A program made the position numbers and the translations under genes. Under the pieces are notes generated by a model. That model searched no databases. It was not told the DNA's origin and saw nothing but the letters and a program-made list of their open reading frames with translations. This document shows, one piece after another, positions 49,847 through 59,360 of a stretch of 64,000 bases of DNA. The stretch comes from Fimbriimonadia bacterium (GTDB lineage: Bacteria; Armatimonadota; Fimbriimonadia; Fimbriimonadales; JABRVX01), in assembly GCA_041483895.1 (NCBI GenBank), contig JBGPGO010000004.1, positions 96,001 through 160,000 of the forward strand, read 5' to 3'. Every line of letters begins with the position of its first letter. The first letter of the stretch is position 1.

Positions 49847-52513
49847 GTGACCGATAGAAGACCGGACCCGGATGCCCTGATTGTGGAACTTCGCACGAAA
49901 GAGGCGACGCCCGGTCATGGTCGTTTGAAGGTCTATTTGGGGATGGCGGCGGGTGTGGGGAAGACCTATGGAATGCTCGCCGACGCGCAAGAAGCAAGGC
50001 GGCGGGGACTGGATGTGGCGATCGGGTACCTAGAACCTCATGGCCGCCAGGCGACCGAAGCGCTCGCAGCAGGATTGGAACGCATCCTGCCGGTAGAGGT
50101 CGAGCATCGGGGCCTGATGCTCAAGGAATTGGATTTGGATGCGGCGCTTAAGCGACGGCCTGAATTGATGCTCGTCGACGAACTTGCCCACACCAATGCG
50201 CCGGGAATGCGGCACAAGAGGCGCTGGCAAGACGTGGAAGAGCTCTTGCGGAGCGGGATCGATGTCGCAACCACCGTCAACATCCAGCATTTGGAAAGCC
50301 TGCGAGATGTCGTCGCTCAGATTACCGGGATATTCGTCCAAGAGACAGTGCCTGACTCTCTCATCAATTCTGCCGATCAGATTGAGCTGGTGGACCTGCC
50401 GCCCGAAGACCTGATCCGACGGATCGAGGAAGGCAAGGTCTACGTTCCTGAGAAGGTCCAGATCGCGTTGGAAGGGTTTTTTAGGGCTGGAAACCTATCC
50501 GCACTAAGGGAGCTGGCTCTTCGCAGGACAGCGGAGCACGTCGACGAGCAAATGCGCGGATTCCGCCAAGCTGCCACGGAACCTTGGCACACGACAGAAC
50601 GGATTATCGTCTCCGTCGCTCCCAATCGGCTTGCTGCTCGCGTAGTCCGCGCCGCTGCCCGAATGGCGAACAGCATCCATGCCGATCTGATTGCTGTTTT
50701 CGTGGAAAGTCATCGCCAGGCGACCGTCACAACACGAGGCCGTGATCTGGCGGCCGACGCCTTGCGGTTAGCCGAGTCTCTCGGCGCGGAGACGGTGATC
50801 CTGAGCGGAGAGGATATTGTGCAGGAGTTGATTCGCCTGGCGAGAAAACGGAATGCTCCCACTATCGTCGTCGGCAAGCCGATCCGCCCGCGTTGGCGAG
50901 AGATCATCTTTGGCTCTGTTGTAGACGAACTGATCCGAGAAAGCGGCGACATCAATGTCTTCGTCATTACGGGAGCGGCAGAGACCGGAACGATTCTTCG
51001 CGTCGCACCACCGCCAAAGCCTGGTGATATCAAGACTTTCGGCGCGACAATCGGGATTGTCGGTTTCTGTACAATCCTGGTCGCCATGCTCTATCCCTAC
51101 TTCGCCCCGGCCAATCTCTCCATGATCTACCTGCTTGGCGTTACGATGACAGCCGCTCGTTATGGGCAGCGGGAAGCGGTGCTCGCCTCGCTGCTCAGCG
51201 TCTTCGCATTCGATGTCTTGTTCGTGCCGCCGAGATGGACGCTGGCCGTCACCGACGTGCAATATGTGATGCTGTTTGTCGTGATGCTGATTGTATCACT
51301 GCTGATCAGCACCCTAACGGCTCGCCTGAGAATGCAATCGCAAGCAGCTTCCGAAAGAGAACGCAGGACGGCCGCGCTCTATGATCTGAGCCGCCGCTTG
51401 GCCGCCACGCGGGGAAGAAAGGACTTGGGGCAGGCGACTGTCGAAAAAGTGCGGGAGCTGTTCGATTGCGATGCATGTGTCCTCTTAAGCGATTTGGAGT
51501 CGCATGAATTGCAGCCGATGCCGGGTTCGCTGACCGGATTTGAGCAGTTGGCGAACGAAACTTTGGTCGCCCGCTGGGTGGCCGATCACATGACGCGAGC
51601 CGGTCATGGAACCGATACTTTGGCCGGCGCCGCGGCAACCTATTTCCCATTGGTTGCCGATGAAAACAGTGTCGGTGTTCTTGCAGTCGCCCTCAACGAA
51701 GCTCTTCTGCAAGACCAGGCCTCTATCCACCTGCTCGAGACTTTCGCCAGCCAACTCGCGACCGCAATCCATCGGGCGAATTTGGCAAAGCACTCTCATG
51801 TCGCAGCGCTGCAAGCGGAAACCGAACGGCTTCGGTCCAGCCTGCTCAGCAGCGTATCCCATGACCTTCGGACGCCGCTGGCCGTGATCGAAGGATCCGC
51901 GGAATCTCTCATGTCGAGCGAAAATACGGACGATAAGCAGCGAGGTCTGGCCGCGGCGATTCGAGATGAGGCACGGCGCCTCGGTCGGTTGGTCCGAAAT
52001 CTATTGGATATGACCCGAATGGACTCGGGGGCGGTCGAATTGAATCGGGATTGGCAGTCCCTCGAGGAGTTGGTCGGGGCGGCCCTCAGTCGTACGGAGC
52101 CGGTCCTGGGAGACCGCAATGTAATCGTCCATCTTGCGGAAGAATTGCCGTTGGTGTATGTGGATGGTGTCCTGTTGGAACAGTTGCTCGTGAACCTGTT
52201 GGAAAACGCGAGCCGGTACACGCCTCCGGGAACTAGAATCACGATTTCCGCGGAAAGCCATGAATCGACAATACGGGTCACAGTCGCCAATAATGGACCT
52301 CCACTTGCCTCGGGTGAAGAGGATGCGATCTTCCAGAGGTTTCATCGCAAGGCGACCGACGGCGATCGGGGATTCGGGCTCGGATTGGCCATCTGCCGCG
52401 CGATTGCGGAAGCGCACGGTGGGACGATCATTGGTCGGAACGTTGAGACCGGTGTCGAGTTTGTCATCACGTTGCCGTTGCCGAAGGCTCAGCCGGAAGT
52501 ACGAGATGAGTGA
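49847..52513 (+). CDS. kdpD: Sensor histidine kinase KdpD
   Basis: GMAAGVGKT, DELAHTN, USP domain, four TM helices, SHDLRTPL, GLGLAIC. Confidence 0.97.
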   Translation: MTDRRPDPDALIVELRTKEATPGHGRLKVYLGMAAGVGKTYGMLADAQEARRRGLDVAIGYLEPHGRQATEALAAGLERILPVEVEHRGLMLKELDLDAALKRRPELMLVDELAHTNAPGMRHKRRWQDVEELLRSGIDVATTVNIQHLESLRDVVAQITGIFVQETVPDSLINSADQIELVDLPPEDLIRRIEEGKVYVPEKVQIALEGFFRAGNLSALRELALRRTAEHVDEQMRGFRQAATEPWHTTERIIVSVAPNRLAARVVRAAARMANSIHADLIAVFVESHRQATVTTRGRDLAADALRLAESLGAETVILSGEDIVQELIRLARKRNAPTIVVGKPIRPRWREIIFGSVVDELIRESGDINVFVITGAAETGTILRVAPPPKPGDIKTFGATIGIVGFCTILVAMLYPYFAPANLSMIYLLGVTMTAARYGQREAVLASLLSVFAFDVLFVPPRWTLAVTDVQYVMLFVVMLIVSLLISTLTARLRMQSQAASERERRTAALYDLSRRLAATRGRKDLGQATVEKVRELFDCDACVLLSDLESHELQPMPGSLTGFEQLANETLVARWVADHMTRAGHGTDTLAGAAATYFPLVADENSVGVLAVALNEALLQDQASIHLLETFASQLATAIHRANLAKHSHVAALQAETERLRSSLLSSVSHDLRTPLAVIEGSAESLMSSENTDDKQRGLAAAIRDEARRLGRLVRNLLDMTRMDSGAVELNRDWQSLEELVGAALSRTEPVLGDRNVIVHLAEELPLVYVDGVLLEQLLVNLLENASRYTPPGTRITISAESHESTIRVTVANNGPPLASGEEDAIFQRFHRKATDGDRGFGLGLAICRAIAEAHGGTIIGRNVETGVEFVITLPLPKAQPEVRDE

Positions 52514-53198
52514 TCGCATGACGATTGCCATCATCGACGACGAGCTGCCCATGCGGCGTCTCCTTCGGGCGGGGCTTGCGGACGGAGTCCGCCTGGTAGA
52601 AGCCGAAACCGGCGAGGCGGGAATCGGATTGGTGGCGCAGGAGAATCCGGATGTCGTTTTGCTGGATTTGGGGCTGCCGGATATCGATGGAATCGAGGTT
52701 GCAAAGCGCATCCGCGAGTGGACCGATGTGCCCATCATTGTCCTCTCCGCCCGCGGGCAGGAGCGTGACAAGATCGCCGCGCTAGATGCCGGTGCGGACG
52801 ACTATCTCACAAAGCCGTTTGGCATCGGGGAGCTGCAGGCGCGGATTCGGGTCACGTTGCGCCACGCGGAACGCGCAAAGGGGCCGAATCCAGAAGCGCT
52901 ATTTGAATCGGAAGGACTTCGCATCGATCTAAGCGCGCGACAAGTGTTTGTTGAAGACTCCGAGATCCATCTAACCCCGATCGAGTACAAACTGCTGTCG
53001 ACATTGGTGCGGCATGCGGGACTGGTCGTTACTCACAAGCAATTGCTGACGGAAGTCTGGGGGCCGGCCTATGCTTATGAGGTGCACTACCTGCGGGTAT
53101 ACATGGCCCAACTCCGCCACAAAATCGAGAGCAATCCCGCACAGCCGCGCTATCTGACCACAGAAACTGGGATCGGGTATCGCCTGCGCTTCACGTAG
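52506..53198 (+). CDS. kdpE: Response regulator KdpE
   Basis: LDLGLPD, GADDYLTKPF, HLTPIEY, HYLRVYMAQLRHK, ETGIGYR. Confidence 0.96.
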   Translation: MSDRMTIAIIDDELPMRRLLRAGLADGVRLVEAETGEAGIGLVAQENPDVVLLDLGLPDIDGIEVAKRIREWTDVPIIVLSARGQERDKIAALDAGADDYLTKPFGIGELQARIRVTLRHAERAKGPNPEALFESEGLRIDLSARQVFVEDSEIHLTPIEYKLLSTLVRHAGLVVTHKQLLTEVWGPAYAYEVHYLRVYMAQLRHKIESNPAQPRYLTTETGIGYRLRFT

Positions 53199-53230
53199 AC
53201 AGTTTGGATGAGGTCGGCGCGAGGCGCTAC

Positions 53231-53258
53231 GGTATCGATAATGGCGATTTTCGATAGG
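53231..53258 (+). other. 28-bp dif-like recombination site 2
   Basis: GGTATCGATAA-TGGCGA-TTTTCGATAGG. Confidence 0.8.
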
Positions 53259-53306
53259 AAATTAGTTCAAGTGACGCGACAAGAGTCTCCGCAATTTCGT
53301 AATTTG

Positions 53307-54422
53307 CTAACTCGGCGGATTCACATATGGTTCCAACCGACGCCGAATGTCCGCGAATTGTTCCTCAGTTAGCTTAGTGCCTTCCGGTTTGCAGTATGGC
53401 CCCATGAACCGCCGAAAGAGCCGAAATGTCTGAGTTTCAGGTTTTTCAGGTGGGTAGAATCCCCGCTGGTCTCTATACGACGTGCGAGCATCTTCATCTA
53501 GGCCATCCCACCAATCACTTAAGGACTTCATGTCGTCTTGGAGATTTTGCCCGGAGATGAACGCCTGATTTTCGCGCAATAGTTTCGGAGCGATCAGACG
53601 ATGAAGCTTGTCGTTTGAAGCGAATACCTGACAAAACGGCAGATAGAAGAGATACTCTAGATCGATGTTGTTTGTTGGCTTGAATCCAATTAGTTTGTGC
53701 CTGGTGCATGTGTGAAGGAGCAAGATGGCTTTTAGACAATGGTAGGCATATGGGGCAAATTGACGGACCATGAGGGCACGATGATAGTTCCATCTGCTGA
53801 TGACTTGGTGCAGCGATTCATTCGAAATGTTGAATCGACGACACAGCAGGCGGATCCACACCAACTGCAACCCAGGTCTATTGGCCAGGGTTTCAGCAGT
53901 GCGGAGTGCCTCGCCGATATTGTTCGCCCTTGGGATGATGATGCTTCGGCTTCGAAGTTCCTCACCAAATGCTTCCATGGTCACCTCGTTCGTCCAAGTT
54001 CGCCACATCTTGGCCCCAAGTCGCTCTGTTTCTTCAAACTGCCCGTCTTGCCACCGCATGATAGCGGTGTTGAGTTCATGCAGATCGAGCATGAATCCGT
54101 ATCCACCGTCGTCTTCCACGATTCGAGCGTAGTCCACCGGGAACTGACCAGTAAGCGGAACCGGATAACCGTGGAGCGAGGCTTCACAAGCATTTTGCGC
54201 CGAAACAATCACAATCGGACCACTGCCAAAGAATTTCGCGGCCAGGATTGCAACCTCACTTTGACCAGCTTGCGAGATTGTATTCTTTGCAAGATCGCCT
54301 AGCACCTCCATTGCCAATATGGGCGGGAGGCCCGGCCTATAGTGCGCATTGAGGGTGCTATGTTCCGACTTGCCTAGCATTTGGAACGCAGACTTATCCA
54401 GTATCAAATTTGGACCGATCAT
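53307..54422 (-). CDS. Hypothetical protein (acidic-motif pattern reminiscent of PIN-like nucleases)
   Basis: LILDKS N-terminus, MEVLGDL, NNIDLEYLFY..FASNDKLH; visibly more AT-rich than core genes. Confidence 0.65.
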   Translation of the reverse strand: MIGPNLILDKSAFQMLGKSEHSTLNAHYRPGLPPILAMEVLGDLAKNTISQAGQSEVAILAAKFFGSGPIVIVSAQNACEASLHGYPVPLTGQFPVDYARIVEDDGGYGFMLDLHELNTAIMRWQDGQFEETERLGAKMWRTWTNEVTMEAFGEELRSRSIIIPRANNIGEALRTAETLANRPGLQLVWIRLLCRRFNISNESLHQVISRWNYHRALMVRQFAPYAYHCLKAILLLHTCTRHKLIGFKPTNNIDLEYLFYLPFCQVFASNDKLHRLIAPKLLRENQAFISGQNLQDDMKSLSDWWDGLDEDARTSYRDQRGFYPPEKPETQTFRLFRRFMGPYCKPEGTKLTEEQFADIRRRLEPYVNPPS

Positions 54423-54748
54423 GGACTCGGATTCTAGCAGAGTGCTCGGGCCGGGGTTTCTTCGAATAAGTCTTGGGGCTCATCAATTTCCGCCCTGACC
54501 TAACGGCTCCAAGAATGGATTGAAAACGCCTACCCTACCCCGAAGTAGTTTACCGCGAGCAATGACAGCAAATGAGTTTGCTACGGCTGGCGTGCAATCG
54601 ACCGATTCGGTCTCGACTAATTTTGCCCTGTATTGCATTGTGGCTAGGGCTGGTCCCCGATGATTCTGCCCCGGTAAGCGATTAATTGTCGGTTACTGAC
54701 ATTGCCCCAACGGATGCAACCGTGCGTTTCTTGACCCTATTCTACGGA

Positions 54749-55696
54749 TTACGCCAGCTCTGATAATAGCCGTGTGGCCCGACCCTGAAGGTCCTCCCGC
54801 GCGTCGTCGTAGATCATCAGCGTCTCAAGCTTGGAATGACGGCTGAGCTTCTGTGCGCCGCGCACGTCGCCGTTGGTGGCGTGCAGGTAGGCGGTGATGC
54901 TCGTGTGCCGCCACTTATGCGGGCTGAAGTTCTGGATACCGGCCTTCTTGGCATAATACTTCACCATGAACGCCAGGCCAACACCAGTGATGCCGGACAG
55001 TTGGCCATCGAGGTCCCGTGTGCAGGAGAGGAACAGTGCCGGTCGGTCGTCGTTCCTGCTAGCCATGTAATCGCCGATCGCTTCGATGGCCTTGTCGCTC
55101 AGCGTCATCAGCACCTTCTGAGTCCCTGTGCCTTTGCCACGGACGGCTAGCGTCTTCGCATCAGGGTCGAAGTCGCCCCTCGTCAGATTGCAGATCTCCG
55201 CCCGTCGCAGCGCCAGTTCCCAAAACAGCCGAAGGATCGCCGCGTCTCTCTTTCCCTTGACGGTGTTGGAATTGGGAAGCATCAGCATCGCGGCCGCCGC
55301 GTCCTTGTCGACGCCCCTTGTGTCGCGGTACTGCATCGTCTTCTCTCCCGGTACCAGCCCTTGCGGATTGACTTCCGTCAGCCCAAGCTGTCGAGCAACT
55401 TGTAGAAGCGAACGGATCGCCGTCAGTCTACGGTTCAGCGTCACCTCGGCCACGCCTTGTTCAATCTGCTGCATCTTGAAGGTAAGCATCGCCCGAACGA
55501 CGCCGGGCGTGTCCAGTTTGAAGAACGCGCCGACCGTTTGCGGCGTTGGCTCGCTCCTGGCCACGACCCGGAAGAACAGCCGTAGATCCCGCTGGTAGGC
55601 CAGCCTCGTGACCTCGCTCCTTTTGGACCGAAGAAGAAACTCCAGCGCGTCTGGAGCCGCTGGGGCTACTTCTGTAACCTTGAGTTCAATTGCCAT
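54749..55696 (-). CDS. Tyrosine recombinase (XerC/Cre-like, no arm-binding domain)
   Basis: TRLAY, TLNRRL; catalytic R (LRRAE), K (RGKG), HxxR (HKWRH), H (SRH), Y (MIY); GGGAGG RBS. Confidence 0.93.
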   Translation of the reverse strand: MAIELKVTEVAPAAPDALEFLLRSKRSEVTRLAYQRDLRLFFRVVARSEPTPQTVGAFFKLDTPGVVRAMLTFKMQQIEQGVAEVTLNRRLTAIRSLLQVARQLGLTEVNPQGLVPGEKTMQYRDTRGVDKDAAAAMLMLPNSNTVKGKRDAAILRLFWELALRRAEICNLTRGDFDPDAKTLAVRGKGTGTQKVLMTLSDKAIEAIGDYMASRNDDRPALFLSCTRDLDGQLSGITGVGLAFMVKYYAKKAGIQNFSPHKWRHTSITAYLHATNGDVRGAQKLSRHSKLETLMIYDDAREDLQGRATRLLSELA

Positions 55697-55713
55697 GGTT
55701 CTTGCCTCCCTTT

Positions 55714-55741
55714 GGTATCGAAAAGGGCCATTATCGATACC
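55714..55741 (-). other. 28-bp dif-like recombination site 3
   Basis: Minus strand GGTATCGATAA-TGGCCC-TTTTCGATACC, 17 bp upstream of recombinase ATG. Confidence 0.82.
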
Positions 55742-55855
55742 AACACGACATGTACCAGGAGGGGGCGGATACATCCAGTCCCGCGCTCTTGAAGGCTAGC
55801 GGTTTCAGTGTAAAATGGATTGTAGTAGCCGATAGTAACGGCTTGGAGGAAGTCA

Positions 55856-56563
55856 GTGGAGTTGGTTCTACGGTCAAGGGGCTCGGGATATTCTCTTCGC
55901 AGATTCATTCTCTACGTTCTCTTCGCATCAACGAGAGACGATTTTGAATTGCGCCGCCAACCAAGACCCAGCGAGGCCGGCCGCAACTGGAAGGCAGCCA
56001 CAGACCTGGAACTTGTTGCAGGGCTCCGGTCGGGGGAACACGGCGCTAGCGCCGAGTTCGTCCGGCGGTTCGAGAAGCTCGTAACATACATTGCCTACGG
56101 CCACACTTATGAGAAGGAGGAGGTCGAGGATCTCGTACAAGATGTTTGGGTGGTCCTCTCGCGCGGCAACTGGCGGACGGTCTGCGCTTGGGAAAACAAG
56201 TGTCCACTCTCAAGCTACGTGTCCGTGATCACAACCCGCGTGGTTCGCGCCCGGATGCGACGTCGACCTAACGAAGTCTCAATCGAGGAGCTGGACGCTG
56301 AACCCGTGGATTCCACCGTCATCGTTGAACCGCTTCTGACGTCACAGCAGGCAGAGACGATTCAGTTTTGCATCCGGCAACTTTCGGCGAAGCAGCAGCT
56401 CGTGCTAAAGCTACGAATCGTCGATGGAGCGGACCATATCGAGATCGGTCGGTTGCTTGGCATTTCGCCGACGACATCAAGGAAACGACTGTTTGACGCA
56501 CTTCGGAAGCTGGCAAAACTGATCCCCGAAGTCGATCCGAGTTTGATGGAGCTGGAGATATAA
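55856..56563 (+). CDS. ECF sigma-70 family sigma factor (true start probably further downstream, e.g. TTG 55949)
   Basis: EDLVQDVW region 2; LSAKQQLVLKL..EIGRLLGIS..TSRKRL region 4. Confidence 0.88.
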   Translation: MELVLRSRGSGYSLRRFILYVLFASTRDDFELRRQPRPSEAGRNWKAATDLELVAGLRSGEHGASAEFVRRFEKLVTYIAYGHTYEKEEVEDLVQDVWVVLSRGNWRTVCAWENKCPLSSYVSVITTRVVRARMRRRPNEVSIEELDAEPVDSTVIVEPLLTSQQAETIQFCIRQLSAKQQLVLKLRIVDGADHIEIGRLLGISPTTSRKRLFDALRKLAKLIPEVDPSLMELEI

Positions 56564-57127
56564 ATGCGCTTTCCTTGGAGCAAACGGGAAGACCTTGACG
56601 CGCTGGAGCGCATCATCAGTGGCGAGACTTCGGAGCAAGAGGCCGCGGAATTCGCCGTAACCATCGCCCGATCCGAAAAAGCTAGGCGTGCGATTGTTCC
56701 ATTGGAGAAGGCCGGCAGATTGGTTTCGGTGGCCGGTTCTGACATCTCTCCGTCCGAACATCTTAGCAACAATGAGCTGGCCGAGTGTATTGCCGGTGAC
56801 GTGTCGCCGATTGTCAAAATGCGAAGGGAGGCTCATTTGGCCTCTTGCGATGAGTGCCGGGCGGTGTTCGTGCGAGCGACGGCGGCCTACCGCGTGTATG
56901 CGGAGAATGTGCGCCCGCCGTTCCGCCGCGCCATCCGCGGCATATTGCTACCCCTTAGCCTGGGGATCGTGCCCGGGATCTTCTTCGGCATCTATCTGCT
57001 TGGTTATTTTCTATCGCCCTTCGATCCCCCTTGGCTCGCCCCACTTGTGAACAGTCCCTGGATCGTAGTCTTCGGGCTGGCATCAGCCGTAGTCGCGGTG
57101 ATGATCCTTCTTAGGAAACGTTGGTGA
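56564..57127 (+). CDS. Zinc-finger (HxxxCxxC) membrane anti-sigma factor
   Basis: AHLASCDECR; two C-terminal TM helices; abuts ECF gene. Confidence 0.8.
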   Translation: MRFPWSKREDLDALERIISGETSEQEAAEFAVTIARSEKARRAIVPLEKAGRLVSVAGSDISPSEHLSNNELAECIAGDVSPIVKMRREAHLASCDECRAVFVRATAAYRVYAENVRPPFRRAIRGILLPLSLGIVPGIFFGIYLLGYFLSPFDPPWLAPLVNSPWIVVFGLASAVVAVMILLRKRW

Positions 57128-57657
57128 AGTGGATCGCGCTATGCGTCGGCGCCGTTCTTGCGAGCGTCATGTGGGTGACTGTCACGAGGCTCGCGCTCAA
57201 CGCCTCCCATTTCCAGGACCTGGAACCGATGTCCGCACTCCAGATACGGTCCGCGCCGTATCGTCAAAGATCCGCAATGCGATATGGCTTCGGCGGAATG
57301 CTCCCTCGGCCCGCAGGCGTCCAAGATCGCATCCGTCTCACGTTCGAGAGCGAAGGAAGGTTTGAGGTTCAGATCCTGTTCCGCGACGGTGAGGGCGACA
57401 TGGTCTTCCCAGGATTGGTCGACGAGATGACCGGGCGTTTCATGTGCGGCCCACACCTCGCCGCCGTCGAGTTCCCCTACCTCAACGCAGTGCGCGGCAT
57501 GCTGCACGGTCCGGCGCTGGTGAGTGGAAGGCCCGCCGTTTACGTCGAGGTGGAAGGCCTTCGGTGGGTGGCCGAACGGAACGACTATGCGCCCGTCGCC
57601 GGCTTCCGCTGGCAAGGCATGCTTCCGTCGGAGGGAGGGCCGTACGGTGGCCGCTAG
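57124..57657 (+). CDS. Membrane-anchored hypothetical protein, paralog 1 of 4
   Basis: N-terminal TM; IRSAPY, VDEMTGRF, GMLHGPALVSGRPAVYVE, FRWQG. Confidence 0.7.
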   Translation: MKWIALCVGAVLASVMWVTVTRLALNASHFQDLEPMSALQIRSAPYRQRSAMRYGFGGMLPRPAGVQDRIRLTFESEGRFEVQILFRDGEGDMVFPGLVDEMTGRFMCGPHLAAVEFPYLNAVRGMLHGPALVSGRPAVYVEVEGLRWVAERNDYAPVAGFRWQGMLPSEGGPYGGR

Positions 57658-58180
57658 AATCCCTATCTTGATATCCGTAGTCGTCTCGTTGTTGGTGGCG
57701 ATCTGCTTCGTCGTCTTTGCACGAGCGAGGATCGAGACATTCAAGTATGCCGGCCTTCCCGTAATGTCCGAGGCTGCGTTGAGACGCGCTCCGTTCGATT
57801 GGCTGCTCTTCGTCCGTCATTCCGCCTACCTAAAGGAGTTCGCAGGGCGTAATCTTGTACAGGTGACGGAATACGAAGGCAAGGTGGGCGTAATGCCCGG
57901 CATTGCGGATGGGCAGGGCTTGCCCTTGATAGTAGGCCCGATAGATCAGAAGACCGGCCGTTTCCGCGCCGACCTCTCTCCCGCAAGCGGCAAGTATCCC
58001 TACTTCGATCGAGTGGAAGGGGTGCTCCACGGCCCAGGGCTGGTGAACGGTGCTCCGTGCGTTTATGTCGAAATGCGCTCGGAGTGGGCGGGGATCTACG
58101 AGAGAGCCCATCCACACTTCCGCTCGATCGGCTGGTCCGGGGTCTTTCGGAGTTGCCGCGAGGTCTCCGTCATGCCATGA
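57647..58180 (+). CDS. Membrane-anchored hypothetical protein, paralog 2 of 4
   Basis: LRRAPF, IDQKTGRF, GVLHGPGLVNGAPCVYVE, IGWSG. Confidence 0.7.
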   Translation: MAARIPILISVVVSLLVAICFVVFARARIETFKYAGLPVMSEAALRRAPFDWLLFVRHSAYLKEFAGRNLVQVTEYEGKVGVMPGIADGQGLPLIVGPIDQKTGRFRADLSPASGKYPYFDRVEGVLHGPGLVNGAPCVYVEMRSEWAGIYERAHPHFRSIGWSGVFRSCREVSVMP

Positions 58181-58683
58181 TCGGCAAGTTGCTGGCTCTC
58201 GGTCTTGCTTGCTGCTTGACGGCTACGATGCTCGTGATCGCCGTCCATTCGTTCGTCGTGCACCCTTATCTCGGCAAGCTTGCCACCAAGTCGGAGGGCG
58301 AGGTGAGGCGCGCCCCGTTCATCCTCACCGACCTGAAACGAACGCCTTTCGTTGGCGTCCTCCACCGACCGGATGGCACTCCTGATATAGTTAGTATACG
58401 CTGGACGCTCTATGCCTCCGTGAACGTGTCGATACGATTCGGACATGGCGAGGGCGATGTGACGTTTGCCGGGATGATCGATCCGGAGACAGGCGAGTTC
58501 CGTTGCGGCCCGCACGCCGCCGCGATGAGCTTCCCCCATTTCTATCACTTGGTCGGCAGGTTGCGCGGACCGGGCTTGGTTGCTGGCAAACCGATTGTGT
58601 ATTTCGAAGGGAAAGGCCTTCCCGTGGAGGGTCCAGTTCGCCCCGGATATTCATGGAAGGGCTTTCTGACGTGGAGGCCGTAA
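58177..58683 (+). CDS. Membrane-anchored hypothetical protein, paralog 3 of 4
   Basis: VRRAPF, IDPETGEF, GRLRGPGLVAGKPIVYFE, YSWKG. Confidence 0.7.
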   Translation: MIGKLLALGLACCLTATMLVIAVHSFVVHPYLGKLATKSEGEVRRAPFILTDLKRTPFVGVLHRPDGTPDIVSIRWTLYASVNVSIRFGHGEGDVTFAGMIDPETGEFRCGPHAAAMSFPHFYHLVGRLRGPGLVAGKPIVYFEGKGLPVEGPVRPGYSWKGFLTWRP

Positions 58684-59213
58684 TCCGCCCCGCGCGGCTG
58701 TTGATCGCTTTGGTCCTGTTCCTGACTGGAGCGGGATTGATAGCCGCCGCGCTCGTTGTGGCATTCCACGGCTATGCATCGGCGACGCGATTCGAAGGCC
58801 TTCGAACAAGGACGATCACGCAACTTCGATACGCCGTGTTTTCGCCACGACTGGCTGGGAGGTGGCATTGGCGCGGGGTCTGGCCGGGGCGCGAGATCAG
58901 GAAGGCCGACGTAACGATCGCCGGCGATAATACAATCACATTCCGCCTGACTCCTACCGAGGACATTCAGTTGCCGCAGTGTAGTGGGATTCTGTCGTCT
59001 GATGGCAGCTTTGACATCGGTCCGATTCTGGCGAAGATCGGTTCCCTTCGCTTTGACGCGATCGTGGGCCGGGTCCGTGGACCGGCGTTGGTCGACGGTC
59101 AGCCGCAGATCTGGCTTGAGGCGCAGACGGTCCTGAAACGCCGCCCGGTGTTCGCTGGGCGGGTTAGATTGTATCGGTGGTCGGGAACACTCGCCGCAAC
59201 GGGTCGGACCTAG
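58671..59213 (+). CDS. Membrane-anchored hypothetical protein, paralog 4 of 4
   Basis: LRYAVF, GRVRGPALVDGQPQIWLE, YRWSG. Confidence 0.65.
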   Translation: MEAVIRPARLLIALVLFLTGAGLIAAALVVAFHGYASATRFEGLRTRTITQLRYAVFSPRLAGRWHWRGVWPGREIRKADVTIAGDNTITFRLTPTEDIQLPQCSGILSSDGSFDIGPILAKIGSLRFDAIVGRVRGPALVDGQPQIWLEAQTVLKRRPVFAGRVRLYRWSGTLAATGRT

Positions 59214-59360
59214 CGCACAAAATCATCGGTGCGTCGATAAGTAACGCTGGGCGCTTGGCGAGGCACCTATTGAGATGGAACAAGCTAGTTCGGGAACGAT
59301 TCCACTACAGGCACGCCGTTGTAGAGCAGGATATCCGAACCGCTAAACAGGAGGTTCCGG

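Noticed and set aside
59231..59258. Possible fifth dif-like site (GTCGATAA) before the lectin gene
   Set aside because: Half-site only, with no TGG spacer and no right arm.
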